This document shows, piece after piece, positions 62,083 to 64,000 of a DNA stretch of 64,000 nucleotides. A model generated the notes under the pieces. The model was given only the letters and a program-made list of their open reading frames with translations. It did no database searches and was not told where the DNA came from. The stretch's first letter is position 1; each line of letters opens with the position of its first letter. The position numbers and the translations under genes were made by a program. Source of the stretch: Mobula hypostoma (Eukaryota); assembly GCF_963921235.1 (NCBI RefSeq), contig NC_086101.1:9550001-9614000 (forward strand), read 5' to 3'.

Positions 62083-64000
62083 AGAGTCTGGCCCAGTGGC
62101 TCAGAAGGGTAGGGAAAGGAAGAGAATGGCAGTAGTGATAGTCTATGTTCCCTCTAAGCTGCGCGCATGTGTGTGCGCACACGTTTTTCAACCAGCGCAC
62201 AAAGGAAATTAATGTGCGCGTAAAAGGTTAGTTACCTAAAATAATGTAGTAATCAATAATTATACTTACTGAAAATAATCTTTTAGCTAAATGTTTCTGT
62301 TAGCTAGTGACTTAAGTATGTCTGTTATTTTGTTGTTATTCTGTGCAGTTTTATGTCAAATATTTTGTAAAGCTACATAAACTGTCCCATACGTGCATTC
62401 AGTGTGCACATACTTTTGTCACAGGAAAACAATTTGCACAACATAAGATTTTTGCACACACTGACTACTAAAAATTAGAGGTAACATTGCCGATAGGGGA
62501 CTCTATAATTAGGGGGTCAGACAGGCGACTCTGTGGACGCAGGAAAGAAGTACAGATGGTAGTTTACCTCCCAGGTGCCAGGGTCCGGGATGTTTCTGAT
62601 CGTGTCCACAATACCCTGAAGTGGGAATGAGAGCAGTCAGAGGTCGTGGTACATTTTGGTACCAACAAAATAGGCAAGAAAAGGGAGGAGGTCCTGAAAG
62701 CAGACTACAGGCTACAGGAAGTTAGGAAGGAAGTTGAGAAGCAGGACCACAAAGTAATCTCGGGATTACTGCCTGTGCCACATGACAGTGCGTATAGGCA
62801 TAGAGTGAGGTGGAGGATAAATGCGTGGCTGAGAGATTGGAGCAGACAGCAGGGATTCAGATTTCTGTATCATTGGGACCTCTTTTGGGGCAGGTGTGAC
62901 CTGTACAAAAAAGGATGGGTTGCACTTGAATCCCAGGGGGACCAATATGGTGGTGGGGAGATTTGCAAAGGCTATGGGGAGAGTTCAAACTGGGATTGCT
63001 GGGGAGTGGAAACCAAACTGAAGAGGCAGAGGAAGAGGTGGTTGGCTCACAAATAGAGAAAGCTTAGAGACAGTGCGAGAGGGGGGATAGGTAGGAGATA
63101 GAGAAGGGACTCGCTCAGACCCATGGTTTGAGATGTGTCTATTTTAATGCAAGGAGTATTATGAACAAAACCGAGGAGCTTAGAGTGTGGATCAGTATTT
63201 GGAGCTATGATGTTGTGGCCATTACAGAGACGTGGATGGCTCAGGTGCAGGAATGGTTACTTCGAGTGCCAGGCTTTAGATGTTTCAGAAAGGATAGGGA
63301 GGGAGGCAAAAGAGGTGGAGGCATGGCACTGTTGATCAGAGATAGTGTCACAGCTGCAGAAAAGAAAGAAGACAAGGAATCTCTGTGGGTGGAAGTTAGG
63401 AACAGGAATGGGTTAATAACTCCACTGAGTGGTTTTAAAAAATAGTAACAAGGACATTGAAAAGCAGATAGGGAGACAGATTCTGGAAAGGCGTAATAAT
63501 AAAAGGGTTGTTGTGGTGGGAGATATTAATTTCCCAAATATTCATTGGCATCTCCCTCGAGCAGGGGTTTAGATGGGGTGAAGTTTGTTAGGTGTGTTCA
63601 AAAAGGTTTCTTGACACAATATGTAGATAAGCCTACAAGAGGAGAGGCTGTACTTGATCTGGTATTGGGAAATGTACCTGGTCAGGTGTCAGGTCTCTCA
63701 GTGGGAGAGCATTTTGGAGATAGTGATCATAGTTCTATCTCATTTGCCATAGAGGGAAAGGGATAGGAACGGACAAGTTAGGAAAATGTTCAGTTGGAGT
63801 AAGGGGAAATATGTGGCTATCAGGCAGGATCTTGGAAGCATAAATTGGGAACAGATGTTCTCAGGGAAATGTATGGAAGAAATGTGGCAAATGTTCAGGG
63901 GATACTTGCATGGAGTAATGCATAGGTATGTTCCAATCAGACAGGGCAAGGATGGTAGGGTACAGGAACCGTGGTGTACAAAGGCTGTTGTAAATCTAAT
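62083..64000 (+). mobile_element. CR1 ORF1 esterase and start of ORF2 endonuclease (continues past the window)
   Basis: VIGDSIIRG, VHFGTN, NAWLRDW, CVYFNARS..AITETW and LDLVLGN motifs. Confidence 0.92.
62143..62489. mobile_element. hAT-type MITE related to 58411-58732
   Basis: TIRs CTATGTTCCCTCTAA/TTAGAGGTAACATTG; degenerate 8-bp TSD GTGATAGT/CCGATAGG. Confidence 0.8.

Overview
Eukaryotic, repeat-dense vertebrate DNA. The mix of CR1 LINEs with an esterase ORF1, Rex1/Babar, L1/Tx1, Penelope-like elements, tRNA-derived SINEs and a GTCCCATCACAC-type satellite points to a cartilaginous fish, probably a ray (inference). Most of the window is decayed, nested retroelements, and nearly every ORF in the supplied track is a TE fragment or low-complexity sequence. 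In the unique islands I can assemble by eye a phase-consistent, minus-strand, nine-exon gene model (56513 to 2399, about 217 aa): signal-peptide-like start, FN3-like domain, Pro/Ser/Thr stalk and hydrophobic tail. I do not recognise it as a named gene. An internal octamer/CCAAT/TATA/Inr promoter near 12.2 kb could drive a 90-aa short form. Penelope-derived termini carry minimal hammerhead ribozyme motifs, and two insertions are fold-back palindromes with exact target-site duplications. Other structures include a twin-primed L1 inversion, two hAT-type MITEs and several tandem repeats. TE boundaries are approximate and no database search was run.
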